The position numbers were made by a program, and so were the translations under genes. From Eledone cirrhosa (Eukaryota), in NCBI GenBank assembly GCA_964016885.1, contig OZ024740.1:439084001-439148000 (forward strand): a stretch of DNA of 64,000 nucleotides, in the 5' to 3' direction. Of the stretch, positions 12,101-22,092 are shown piece after piece. How positions within the stretch are numbered: position 1 is the stretch's first letter; each line of letters opens with the position of its first letter. The notes below the pieces were generated by a model. The model was not told the origin of the DNA and did no database searches. It saw only the letters and a list, made by a program, of their open reading frames with translations.

Positions 12101-13603
12101 ATGTCAACCGAATCTTGTCCTAGCCCGTCAGCATTCATCTCCTCAGTGGCCGTATCTCTGTTCCAGGTATTATTTATCTCAGTATTCAGATCATTGTCTG
12201 CTTCGGGTGGTTCCTCCGTTCTCAGGACCTCCTCACCTTCATTTCCCGCCGGCTCGCTTGTCTGGCATACTACACCCGCCATCTCCAAGCCATTCTCTCT
12301 GCTCAGTTCCTCCAGTTCCAGCTCGCTTATCCACCCATTAGTTCTTATTACCCGAGCCTGCCCGGCCAATTTTTGTTCATCTAATTTAAATAAACCAATC
12401 TCGTTCCAGATGTTATGCATCCGTCTCCTGTAGCCCCTCTCCTTGGGGTTACTTTTCAGGTAGCATTGCATAACAGTTCTATTCAATTCTTTCGTCCAGT
12501 TGGTTCTGGCCCCTTTCCTTCTTCTTCTTCCTCCAACATCAGCAGTATTTGGTTGACAGTCAGGTTCCTGCTGCTGAGCCAGGGGGCACCTGTTGGGTGA
12601 GAGTCTGTCACATGACGTTCTAGTCTCCATTTCACCGTTATTCGAACTGTTTATGTTCGATATTTAAACACTCTTATCGAGGATTGGCGAATGTATGTTT
12701 ACATAGCCATCTGTGGATCCGCCATCCCACTTGGCCCTTGTGTGGCATTATCACCACGCTGTATACGGACACACATAAACAAACAAACACACGGGCAGAA
12801 AGGGCCCCAAAAATGAATAAGCATAAGTTTCATTGTAATGTAGTATTCGAATGTCTGACTTAGTTTTTGTTTTTTAAGTTTTACTTTTTCCCCCCTCTTC
12901 TCTGTCCGTCCGCCTGCTTCTCTCTTCATTCTTATTTTCTTTACGTTTTGGGGATTTCTTTTTTTGTTTTTGTTTTTCTCTGTTTTTCTCGTTTTTTACT
13001 GTTGTTGCTGTGCTGCTTTTGTTGTTTGTTTTTTCTTTTTTCTTTTGAGTCTATCTATATATTTTGATGCCTTCCTCTTTGTTAGTAGTAGGCATTCTAT
13101 AATGTGGAAGTGGTAGCCAGCAGAGACTGGCGGCGTTGGCGATACTGAGACAGTGGTGGTGGTGATGTCGATACCGAGGCAGTGGTGGCGGTGATGGGAT
13201 AGTGGTGGTAATGATGGCCGTAGTGAGCGGTGGCGGTGAAGGTGAAAATGCTGTTGTGTTTAGTGTACACAGATGATGGGGTGGGTGGTGTATCTAGTTT
13301 CTGGTGTTGGTGAGTTTAGCTGTCCTATATAGTGTAGCCAGAGGAGAGGAGGGGGGGGTTCTTCTTCTTCCATTTATAGCCATTTTTTTTGGATATACAG
13401 TGTACAATACAAAGTTGAATATTTGAATATTTGAGCCTTATAACAATATATTTTGGGTCCGAATTTTTTTGGGGCTCAAGCCGGGTGCTTTACGTAGCAT
13501 TTGTACTAAGAGTTGTTATTTCACAAATGATTTAAATATGTTAAAAATTCAAAACTTACGGGAGCGATTTCATGACCTCCGTCACCTCGTGCGTCTTCTT
13601 CCC
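9155..13603 (-). mobile_element. Full-length R4/Dong-clade retrotransposon copy B
   Basis: About 970 bp 5' leader, a single ORF and a ~75 bp 3' UTR, bounded by (TTA)n on both sides. Confidence 0.95.
9238..12630 (-). pseudogene. ~1130-codon RT + CCHC + restriction-like endonuclease ORF broken by one in-frame stop (10405-10407)
   Basis: ORFs 10405..12630 and 9238..10371 are in the same frame, and copy D has Leu (TTA) at the stop position. Motifs: WKSPGPDG, EQKG, WIDYRKAFD, QGDSLSP, FMDD, CRIC..H..C, RHD, RPDLV, DVACP. Confidence 0.93.

Positions 13604-13665
<62 letters not shown>
13604..13665. repeat. (TTA)n spacer/target microsatellite; equivalent tracts at 2567-2583, 7562-7617, 9114-9163, 19696-19746, 25775-25816, 30437-30487 and 30942-30976
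   Basis: Directly visible at every element junction in the 1-31 kb array. Confidence 0.97.
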
Positions 13666-13879
13666 GAATGCCATGGTTGACGGAGGCTCGGCTCTGTAAG
13701 GTATAGTAATTTTTAACCGTTAAAACAATTGTAAATTGTTTAAAACTTGAACCAAATTGTTGATAAAGACACCCTCCTCCTCGTGAGAGGGGTCTTTCTG
13801 TCCGTTATTTGGCCCTTCGGGGCTAAATAACCAGTTATTGGGGTTTTGTACCCAATATTCATTTTAAACAAAAAACAAC

Positions 13880-15976
13880 ATGGCTACGAAAAAGAAATTT
13901 CATACGTCACTCCCACTCATTCCGTCTTCTTCTTCCTCAATCATCACTACAGCAGAGAGAAGATTGTCTCTCTCCCTCCCTTCTTTAAATGTGTCTCTCT
14001 CCCTCCCTTCTCTTTCGCAAGTGACGAAAGAAAAGAAAAGTCTCGTGCAAAGCGTGCAAAGTTTCTCCACGACGACGACGACAGCGACGAAACAGGTGTG
14101 CGGGAAATACGAAAACCCAGTTCATTCGTCTGACGTCAGGAATAATAGCAGTAGCAGCCGTAATAACAACAGCAACAGTGACAATGAAAACAACAGTAGC
14201 AGCCGCAACAGCATCACCAGCAGCATAAACAACAGCAGCATTAGCAGCAGCAACACCAAAAACAACCACAGCAACAGCGGCGGAGGCAGTAGTCGTAGTA
14301 CCTGCAGCAACAACAAAAGTACCAGCAGCTCTGACGACAACAACAACAGCAGAGAAAAACCAATCTCATTTGCAGGTATTGCGAAAAACTTGGAAACAAT
14401 CCTCATAACAAATGAGGAATTAGAGGAAGCGAAGAAGATGGTGACAAAGAACGGACACCGAGCAATCTGCAAGGCAGCGAAAAAATTTTTCGAAACCCAA
14501 GAGCACTGTACGGTCACGTACCGTACAGTAAGTACAAAATCCCGTAGGGTGGAAAGAGCCACAGAGGCCCAAATACAAAAAGCCTTGGGGTCTGTGTGGC
14601 AGCGGAAAACGCACATCACCCGAGGCAAAAAATATGCCACCGTAGACGTACTTTTTGCCACACCCCAGGAGGCAAAGGCCCAATCAGTAGTGACCCTAAG
14701 GAGCGAGGAAATGGTGTTGGTGCCCTCCTACTGTGGGCAAAAAATTGTGAGGGTCAAACTGACCCACGTCCCCCCCGGAATGACCCCTTCTTGGCTGGCC
14801 GCGTCTGTCCTCGTCGGAATCGAGGACAAAACAACTGTACTGCAAGTACAGAAAAAAGTAAGAGAAGATTGGGTCGGCTCCTCCATTGAGATGCTAATCC
14901 AAACCAACCAGGAGTGCATCGAAGCTATCCCGGATGTGATAGACTTCGATAACGGCACTCAACTGCCCATAAGTGTTGAGGGCAAACGCCCGAAATGCTT
15001 TCGCTGTGGATCGAAGACTCACCTCAGGGCCTTCTGCAACGAGAAGACCCTGAGAAAGGAGAAAACCCCCCTCCTTCCGAATCCGGCTCCACGGCTACCA
15101 GCAACAGGACAAGCGGCAACCAGGAACGATAGGCCCGTGGCACCCATACCCACTCCACGGAAATCAAAAACAGCAGCAGCAGTGGAAATACTAACAACAA
15201 CAACAGCAATACCAAATGCAGCTGCAACAGAGACTCCAGTGCAAACATCACCAACAACAACAAGTGAAAGAGTGGAGTTGGTACCCCTCCCCGACCTCAC
15301 AGAATCAGACATGGAGTGTGAGGTGGGAGAGAGATGGCAAAAGGTCGTAAGAAGGCACAAACGCAGAAGCAGCGCATCGTCGCCTTTGAAAAGTGAGGAA
15401 AGAAATGAGAAAAGGGTAAAGTCTACTGCAAAGAGACCCACAGCAGCAACAACACCAACACCATCACCACCCACACTAGCGCCACCATCACCACCGGCGA
15501 CAACCCCACCGCCAACAACACCTTCAACACCACCACCACAAGCACCAACATCGCAAACACAACAACAAAACACACACACCCAGCAACAACGACAAGAAAA
15601 TAGCAGAACCACACCCCACCCCCAGAAAAACAAATGCACGGCAATAAACACACACAACAAGAAACTAATGACTTACATAATTGAACACACAGACATTTCA
15701 CAACAGGACTACATAATACCAGCACCAATCAAAACGCCAACTAACATAAGACTGCTAAAAATAGCACAGAAACAATACACAAACATTAAAACGAAATTCC
15801 CCAACGCAGTTGGTGATTTCAGGGACCTAGGAGGAACCATCAATCGAAGAGTATATTCAGACATTCTCTTAGAAGAGCCGACGACCAGCCGAAGGGACGA
15901 TTCAACGGTCCCTTCACCAGACGATCAAGTGAAAAGGGATGTAAAAACCATCCCTCCTCTACCAAAAGTACGATAA
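13880..15976 (+). CDS. ORF1p, nucleic-acid chaperone with CCHC zinc knuckle
   Basis: CFRCGSKTHLRAFC (CX2CX4HX4C), plus S/N-rich and P/T-rich low-complexity tracts; lies upstream of the APE-RT ORF. Confidence 0.88.
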   Translation: MATKKKFHTSLPLIPSSSSSIITTAERRLSLSLPSLNVSLSLPSLSQVTKEKKSLVQSVQSFSTTTTTATKQVCGKYENPVHSSDVRNNSSSSRNNNSNSDNENNSSSRNSITSSINNSSISSSNTKNNHSNSGGGSSRSTCSNNKSTSSSDDNNNSREKPISFAGIAKNLETILITNEELEEAKKMVTKNGHRAICKAAKKFFETQEHCTVTYRTVSTKSRRVERATEAQIQKALGSVWQRKTHITRGKKYATVDVLFATPQEAKAQSVVTLRSEEMVLVPSYCGQKIVRVKLTHVPPGMTPSWLAASVLVGIEDKTTVLQVQKKVREDWVGSSIEMLIQTNQECIEAIPDVIDFDNGTQLPISVEGKRPKCFRCGSKTHLRAFCNEKTLRKEKTPLLPNPAPRLPATGQAATRNDRPVAPIPTPRKSKTAAAVEILTTTTAIPNAAATETPVQTSPTTTSERVELVPLPDLTESDMECEVGERWQKVVRRHKRRSSASSPLKSEERNEKRVKSTAKRPTAATTPTPSPPTLAPPSPPATTPPPTTPSTPPPQAPTSQTQQQNTHTQQQRQENSRTTPHPQKNKCTAINTHNKKLMTYIIEHTDISQQDYIIPAPIKTPTNIRLLKIAQKQYTNIKTKFPNAVGDFRDLGGTINRRVYSDILLEEPTTSRRDDSTVPSPDDQVKRDVKTIPPLPKVR

Positions 15977-16011
15977 GTGGTCTTTCCCATCTTTTCCACT
16001 CTATTTTAAAC

Positions 16012-19000
16012 ATGACCTCACTCAGAATAGGCAGCATAAATGCGCGTGGCTTGGGGTCGTCATGGAAGCAGGGTCACCTGCTCAACGACCTCAGGTCACT
16101 AAACATAGATGTAGTGGCCATCAGCGAAACCAGAATCTCCGAAGCACGGGCCTTCGCACCGATCTTCGGCGGCTTCGATGTGTACGCATCTCCCAGCCGT
16201 CCTGGATCCGGTGGAGGAGTTGCTGTGCTTTTTCGGAGAGGTTTGGATCTCGCCATACGGGCCATCTTCCTGGACCCAGAGGGTAAGCTGGTGGTGCTGG
16301 ACGTGACCAGCGGAGACGGGCAAGCTTTCAGGCTAGTGGCCGTCTATGCCCCGACAGGAGCAGGGCGGCCTGATTTCTTCCGGCGTCTGGAGACCTTTCT
16401 TGGAACGTCCCGCTCTTTAGTGTTAGTGGGCGACTGGAACGGGATCTTAGATGCACGCTGGGACTGTGTGGGATTAGCGGATAGGGGTGGAGGGTGCAAG
16501 AGCCTCACCAACCTGCTCAGGCGTTTTGAACTGTCTGACAGGTACCGATTGGATTTCCCGAATGTGCCAATGTGGACTTGGACAAACCGCATAGGGTCAT
16601 CCAGATCATATCTAGATAGAGTATTTTGTAGGGAAATAGATAGGTCTAGCATAGGCTGTCCACAATTCAAGATAGTCAGCTACACGGACCACAAATTCGT
16701 GATCTGTGTGCTTGACTTAGATAGGCTTCATAGACGAGGACCCGGCTACTGGAAGCTAAACGCGTCCTTACCAGCGCGCAAGGCCTACAGAGACCGGATT
16801 AGCGAACTAGTTAAGCGGGCGTTGACGGGGGCCATCGTCAACAACAAGTGGTGGTTTGCTCTGAAAAGAGCGATTAGAATAGAATCGATTAGGTTTAGTA
16901 AGGCTTTAGCAATAGAGAAAAATAGAGCAGAGGGAGAACTAGTTAGAAAATTAGACGAGGCGCTTAGCAAAGGCATTGCGACCGACGTGCTTGCGGTGAA
17001 ATTGGCCCTTGACCAATTCTTCAATGCAAAGCACGAAGGCTGCGTTGTCAGAGCTAGGGTGCGTGCTCTCAGACACGAGGGGACGAAAGCCGTTCAATGG
17101 GCCCGAGTGGCGGAGGCGCGTCGTGGCAACAAAGCCACGATCCGGTCTTTGGTGGACCACGACGGGCGCATGCTACTCGATCCCGGGCAAATGTGTGAAG
17201 CTTTTCAGCGACACTTCGCTCAGCTGTTCGGGGGCAGCGGGGGGCCGGGTAGAGGGATGGACTTTAGTGTCTACCTCGACGGACTGCCGCGGCTCTCGGC
17301 CACTGAGGCGAAGTGTTGCGAAAAGCCGATAACAGCCGCTGAAGTACGGGAGGCAATGACTGGCTGCACAAGGGGTAAATCGCCTGGTTTGGATGGTCTG
17401 CCCTATGAACTTTACGTACAGATGCCAGACTTGTTCGGAGGCCTCTTGGCGGACGTCTACTGCAACTGGCAACAGAACGGGAGAATTCCCAGTTCTGTGA
17501 GCCGAGGAGCGGTGGCACTGCTGAGAAAGGATCCGAACAAGGGGGATAACATAGACAATTTCCGGCCCATAACTCTGCTAAACACAGAGTTTAAGATTTT
17601 GGCCAAGGTGCTAGCAAAGAGGTTGGCGCTTGTCGTTGGTGGTCTGGTGGGAGAGGCGCAGACATGCGCCATTCCCGACAGATCCATCCACGACAACCTC
17701 CACCTCATGCGATACATCGTAGAGAGGGTAGCTAGGGAACCTGGCGCGGGTGGGTCCTTGATCAATTTAGATCAGTCGAAAGCTTTCGATAGGGTCGACC
17801 ATCGTTACCTAGCGGCAGTCCTGAGGGCGGCTGGCTTTGGGCCCGTCTTCAGAGGCTGGATCGCTGCCATGCACAGCGACATCTGCTCTGTGGTGAGAGT
17901 GAACGGTCACCTGTCGGAACCGTTCAACATCATGCGCTCGGTCCGCCAAGGATGTCCCCTCTCGTCCCTCTTGTACGTATTGACTCTCGAGCCATTACTG
18001 CACAAACTGGAGACGTTGAGGGGAGTCCCGCGCGAACTAGGATGCGGAAGATCCGTGTCAGCATATGCGGACGATGTCACCGTAGTGGTGTCGAACGCCA
18101 AACACATCGAGGCGATCGGCACTACACTAAGAGAATACGAAGCGGTGACAGGAGCAATGATCAACCAGGAAAAGTCAGTGGGCCTGCAGCTCGGCACCTG
18201 GAGAGGCAGGTCCATGCCGTCCAACAGCGTCGTCGGGCGCTGGACGGACGGACCGGTTAAATTGCTAGGGGTCTGGTTCGGTCCGGACCTCCAGACGGAC
18301 AAAAACTGGGACGAGGTGACGAGCAGGGTGGCTTCTCTCACCCAGAAATGGGCGGAGAGGAAGCTATCCCTGAAAGGTCGAGCGGAGGTGGCTAACGCGT
18401 ACATCGCGTCTGTCATCTGCTACCGCCTAACCGTCGTACCTTGTCCTAAGCCTCGCCTGACTGCGCTGGAGCGTTTGCTCTTTCGCTTTTTGTGGAAGGG
18501 ACGTGCTCCGATGGTCAGGCGGTCCATCTGTTGTCAACACCCGCTACGTGGAGGGCTGGGCATGCCGTGGCTGATGATGCGCAGGCACGCGCTCAGGCTA
18601 CGACATCTCCACCTCTTCCTCGACGGTGATCAGGTGTGGTCGCCGTTTGCTAGACGCGTTTTTCCCCAGCTCGTTTCCTTGACGGAGCTGCAGTCCTGGG
18701 TCAAGCGAAGACCGAGAGGGAGCGCCTGGAGACTGGAATGTCTTCAGGCGCTCACAGCCCTCGACCAATCGGGCAATGTGATCGGTGGAAACTCCACCTC
18801 GGCGTTCTATAGAGGATTAGTGGAGGGGAAGAGCGACGACGTACTTGGGGAAACTCTAGGCGTCGACGAAAATCAACTAGCCAATCTCTTCGGAAGAACT
18901 TTCGGGCCGGGGCCTATGGACAACTTCCAGAAATCTCTGGCCTGGCAGTGCTACCGAGGAGCCTTGCCAGTTCGGGATAAACTCTACAGGCATGGAGGTG

Positions 19001-19431
19001 CCGTCAGCCGGGCATGTCCGAGATGCGCGCAGGGCGACGAAACCGTCCTGCACGCACTCGTCCAGTGTCCGAAAATTGCTGACTTGTGGGTTTATGTCGA
19101 ACACCTGCTGTCGCGTTTAGGACGGATCCAGCTATCATCTGAGTCCATCGTGAGGATTGCCCCGCCCTCCTCCTTTAGCCGGGAAGGGCAGGCAGTTTTT
19201 ATCTGTCTGGTGGCCATGGCGAAAGAGATAGTATGGTGGACACGTTTGAAAGGGCTGAAGACGAGCACTTACCTCTTCGGTGATGCTCTGATTGACTTTT
19301 TCAAATTTCATTTGAAAAGGAAAATCAGAGTAGAGAGGGAAGTGCTCTCTTCCCAGCATTTTGTTGAAAGATGGGTGAGAGAAGCAAGAATGGCCCGAGT
19401 GAATGGGCCGACTCTGAGTATATATCTGTAA
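16012..19431 (+). CDS. ORF2p, APE endonuclease + reverse transcriptase + C-terminal zinc finger (1139 aa)
   Basis: SINARGL, ISET, YAP, GDWN, TDH; KSPGLDG, FRPITLLN, DQSKAFD, RQGCPLS, YADD; CPRC..ETVLHALVQC. Confidence 0.96.
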   Translation: MTSLRIGSINARGLGSSWKQGHLLNDLRSLNIDVVAISETRISEARAFAPIFGGFDVYASPSRPGSGGGVAVLFRRGLDLAIRAIFLDPEGKLVVLDVTSGDGQAFRLVAVYAPTGAGRPDFFRRLETFLGTSRSLVLVGDWNGILDARWDCVGLADRGGGCKSLTNLLRRFELSDRYRLDFPNVPMWTWTNRIGSSRSYLDRVFCREIDRSSIGCPQFKIVSYTDHKFVICVLDLDRLHRRGPGYWKLNASLPARKAYRDRISELVKRALTGAIVNNKWWFALKRAIRIESIRFSKALAIEKNRAEGELVRKLDEALSKGIATDVLAVKLALDQFFNAKHEGCVVRARVRALRHEGTKAVQWARVAEARRGNKATIRSLVDHDGRMLLDPGQMCEAFQRHFAQLFGGSGGPGRGMDFSVYLDGLPRLSATEAKCCEKPITAAEVREAMTGCTRGKSPGLDGLPYELYVQMPDLFGGLLADVYCNWQQNGRIPSSVSRGAVALLRKDPNKGDNIDNFRPITLLNTEFKILAKVLAKRLALVVGGLVGEAQTCAIPDRSIHDNLHLMRYIVERVAREPGAGGSLINLDQSKAFDRVDHRYLAAVLRAAGFGPVFRGWIAAMHSDICSVVRVNGHLSEPFNIMRSVRQGCPLSSLLYVLTLEPLLHKLETLRGVPRELGCGRSVSAYADDVTVVVSNAKHIEAIGTTLREYEAVTGAMINQEKSVGLQLGTWRGRSMPSNSVVGRWTDGPVKLLGVWFGPDLQTDKNWDEVTSRVASLTQKWAERKLSLKGRAEVANAYIASVICYRLTVVPCPKPRLTALERLLFRFLWKGRAPMVRRSICCQHPLRGGLGMPWLMMRRHALRLRHLHLFLDGDQVWSPFARRVFPQLVSLTELQSWVKRRPRGSAWRLECLQALTALDQSGNVIGGNSTSAFYRGLVEGKSDDVLGETLGVDENQLANLFGRTFGPGPMDNFQKSLAWQCYRGALPVRDKLYRHGGAVSRACPRCAQGDETVLHALVQCPKIADLWVYVEHLLSRLGRIQLSSESIVRIAPPSSFSREGQAVFICLVAMAKEIVWWTRLKGLKTSTYLFGDALIDFFKFHLKRKIRVEREVLSSQHFVERWVREARMARVNGPTLSIYL

Positions 19432-19693
19432 ACTAAAGGTGGAAAACTGGGAGAGGGCACTTGCCTTGGTGGTCAGGGTCATTGTGGCTTTTTACTGGGC
19501 TTTCTCCACAAATGTCCCTCCGAAGTCTCCCCCCTATTGGGGAATTTTTCATTGTTATTTTCATTGTTATTTTTGTTACATCCTCTGTTTTTGTTTTTTT
19601 TTACACGCAGAAATGCCCATTTGTACCGTCCTGCATTGTCCTGCACTGTCCTTAATGTCTACTTTATGTAAACCCTTGTGGTTAATAAAGAAA

Positions 19694-19746
<53 letters not shown>

Positions 19747-19960
19747 GAATGCCATGGTTGACGGAGGCTCGGCTCTGTAAGGTATAGTAATTTTTAACCG
19801 TTAAAACAATTGTAAATTGTTTAAAACTTGAACCAAATTGTTGATAAAGACACCCTCCTCCTCGTGAGAGGGGTCTTTCTGTCCGTTATTTGGCCCTTCG
19901 GGGCTAAATAACCAGTTATTGGGGTTTTGTACCCAATATTCATTTTAAACAAAAAACAAC

Positions 19961-22057
19961 ATGGCTACGAAAAAGAAATTTCATACGTCACTCCCACTCA
20001 TTCCGTCTTCTTCTTCCTCAATCATCACTACAGCAGAGAGAAGATTGTCTCTCTCCCTCCCTTCTTTAAATGTGTCTCTCTCCCTCCCTTCTCTTTCGCA
20101 AGTGACGAAAGAAAAGAAAAGTCTCGTGCAAAGCGTGCAAAGTTTCTCCACGACGACGACGACAGCGACGAAACAGGTGTGCGGGAAATACGAAAACCCA
20201 GTTCATTCGTCTGACGTCAGGAATAATAGCAGTAGCAGCCGTAATAACAACAGCAACAGTGACAATGAAAACAACAGTAGCAGCCGCAACAGCATCACCA
20301 GCAGCATAAACAACAGCAGCATTAGCAGCAGCAACACCAACAACAACCACAGCAACAGCGGCGGAGGCAGTAGTCGTAGTACCTGCAGCAACAACAAAAG
20401 TACCAGCAGCTCTGACGACAACAACAACAGCAGAGAAAAACCAATCTCATTTGCAGGTATTGCGAAAAACCTGGAAACAATCCTCATAACAAATGAGGAA
20501 TTAGAGGAAGCGAAGAAGATGGTGACAAAGAACGGACACCGAGCAATCTGCAAGGCAGCGAAAAATTTTTTCGAAACCCAAGAGCACTGTACGGTCACGT
20601 ACCGTACAGTAAGTACAAAATCCCGTAGGGTGGAAAGAGCCACAGAGGCCCAAATACAAAAAGCCTTGGGGTCTGTGTGGCAGAGGAAAACGCACATCAC
20701 CCGAGGCAAAAAATACGCCACCGTAGACGTACTTTTTGCCACACCCCAGGAGGCAAAGGCCCAATCAGTAGTGACCCTAAGGAGCGAGGAAATGGTGTTG
20801 GTGCCCTCCTACTGCGGGCAAAAAATTGTGAGGGTCAAACTGACCCACGTCCCCCCCGGAATGACCCCTTCTTGGCTGGCCGCGTCTGTCCTCGTCGGAA
20901 TCGAGGACAAAACAACTGTACTGCAAGTACAGAAAAAAGTAAGAGAAGATTGGGTCGGCTCCTCCATTGAGATGCTAATCCAAACCAACCAGGAGTGCAT
21001 CGAAGCTATCCCGGATGTGATAGACTTCGATAACGGCACTCAACTGCCCATAAGTGTTGAGGGCAAACGCCCGAAATGCTTTCGCTGTGGATCGAAGACT
21101 CACCTCAGGGCCTTCTGCAACGAGAAGACCCTGAGAAAGGAGAAAACCCCCCTCCTCCCGAATCCGGTTCCACGGCTACCAGCAACAGGACAAGCGGCAA
21201 CCAGGAACGATAGGTCCGTGGCACCCATACCCACTCCACGGAAATCAAAGACAGCAGCAGCAGTGGAAATATTAACAACAACAACAGCAATACCAAATGC
21301 AGCTGCAACAGAGACTCCAGTGCAAACATCACCAACAACAACAAGTGAAAGAGTGGAGCTGGTACCCCTCCCCGACCTTACAGAATCAGACATGGAGTGT
21401 GAGGTGGGAGAGGGATGGCAAAAGGTCTCAAGAAGGCACAAACGCAGAAGCAGCGCATCGTCGCCTTTGAAAAGGGAGGAAAGAAATGAGAAAAGGGTAA
21501 AGTCTACTGCAAAGAGACCCACAGCAGCAACACCACCAACACCATCACCACCCACACCAGCACCACCATCACCACCGGCGACAACCCCACCGCCAACAAC
21601 ACCTTCAACACCACCACCACAAGCACCAACATCGCAAACACAACAACAAAACACACACACCCAGCAACAACGACAAGAAAATAGCAGAACCACACCCCAC
21701 CCCCAGAAAAACAAATGCACGGCAATAAACACACACAACAAGAAACTAATGACTTACATAATTGAACACACAGACATTTCACAACAGGACTACATAATAC
21801 CAGCACCAATCAAAACGCCAACTAACATAAGACTGCTAAAAATAGCACAGAAACAATACACAAACATTAAAACGAAATTCCCCAACGCAGTTGGTGATTT
21901 CAGGGACCTAGGAGGAACCATTAATCGAAGAGTATATTCAGACATTCTCTTAGAAGAGCCGACGACCAGCCGAAGGGACGATTCAACGGTCCCTTCACCA
22001 GACGATCAAGTGAAAAGGGATGTAAAAACCATCCCTCCTCTACCAAAAATACGGTAA
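19961..22057 (+). CDS. ORF1p of T2 (698 aa)
   Basis: Intact paralog of 13880..15976. Confidence 0.88.
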   Translation: MATKKKFHTSLPLIPSSSSSIITTAERRLSLSLPSLNVSLSLPSLSQVTKEKKSLVQSVQSFSTTTTTATKQVCGKYENPVHSSDVRNNSSSSRNNNSNSDNENNSSSRNSITSSINNSSISSSNTNNNHSNSGGGSSRSTCSNNKSTSSSDDNNNSREKPISFAGIAKNLETILITNEELEEAKKMVTKNGHRAICKAAKNFFETQEHCTVTYRTVSTKSRRVERATEAQIQKALGSVWQRKTHITRGKKYATVDVLFATPQEAKAQSVVTLRSEEMVLVPSYCGQKIVRVKLTHVPPGMTPSWLAASVLVGIEDKTTVLQVQKKVREDWVGSSIEMLIQTNQECIEAIPDVIDFDNGTQLPISVEGKRPKCFRCGSKTHLRAFCNEKTLRKEKTPLLPNPVPRLPATGQAATRNDRSVAPIPTPRKSKTAAAVEILTTTTAIPNAAATETPVQTSPTTTSERVELVPLPDLTESDMECEVGEGWQKVSRRHKRRSSASSPLKREERNEKRVKSTAKRPTAATPPTPSPPTPAPPSPPATTPPPTTPSTPPPQAPTSQTQQQNTHTQQQRQENSRTTPHPQKNKCTAINTHNKKLMTYIIEHTDISQQDYIIPAPIKTPTNIRLLKIAQKQYTNIKTKFPNAVGDFRDLGGTINRRVYSDILLEEPTTSRRDDSTVPSPDDQVKRDVKTIPPLPKIR

Positions 22058-22092
22058 GTGGTCTTTCCCATCTTTTCCACTCTATTTTAAAC

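Larger units (their letters stand above)
13666..19695 (+). mobile_element. Full-length Tx1/L1-clade retrotransposon copy T1
   Basis: Starts GAATGCCATGG, has two ORFs, and ends AATAAAGAAATC followed by (ATT)n. Repeated head-to-tail. Confidence 0.95.

Noticed and set aside
13551-13603. U1 snRNA or spliced-leader RNA gene as the repeated target
   Set aside because: ACTTAC is just the complement of a splice donor. There is no further U1 match and no convincing SL stem-loops.
13765-13835. HDV-like ribozyme in the Tx1 5' UTR (TCCTCG, GG-hairpin-CTAA)
   Set aside because: The spacing from L3 to P1.1 is too long, and no P1/P2 nested pseudoknot could be built.
15019-15660. Antisense ORFs in the Tx1, R4 and PLE elements (also 63432..63986)
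   Set aside because: Stop-free shadows of low-complexity or coding sense strands, with no recognisable motifs.
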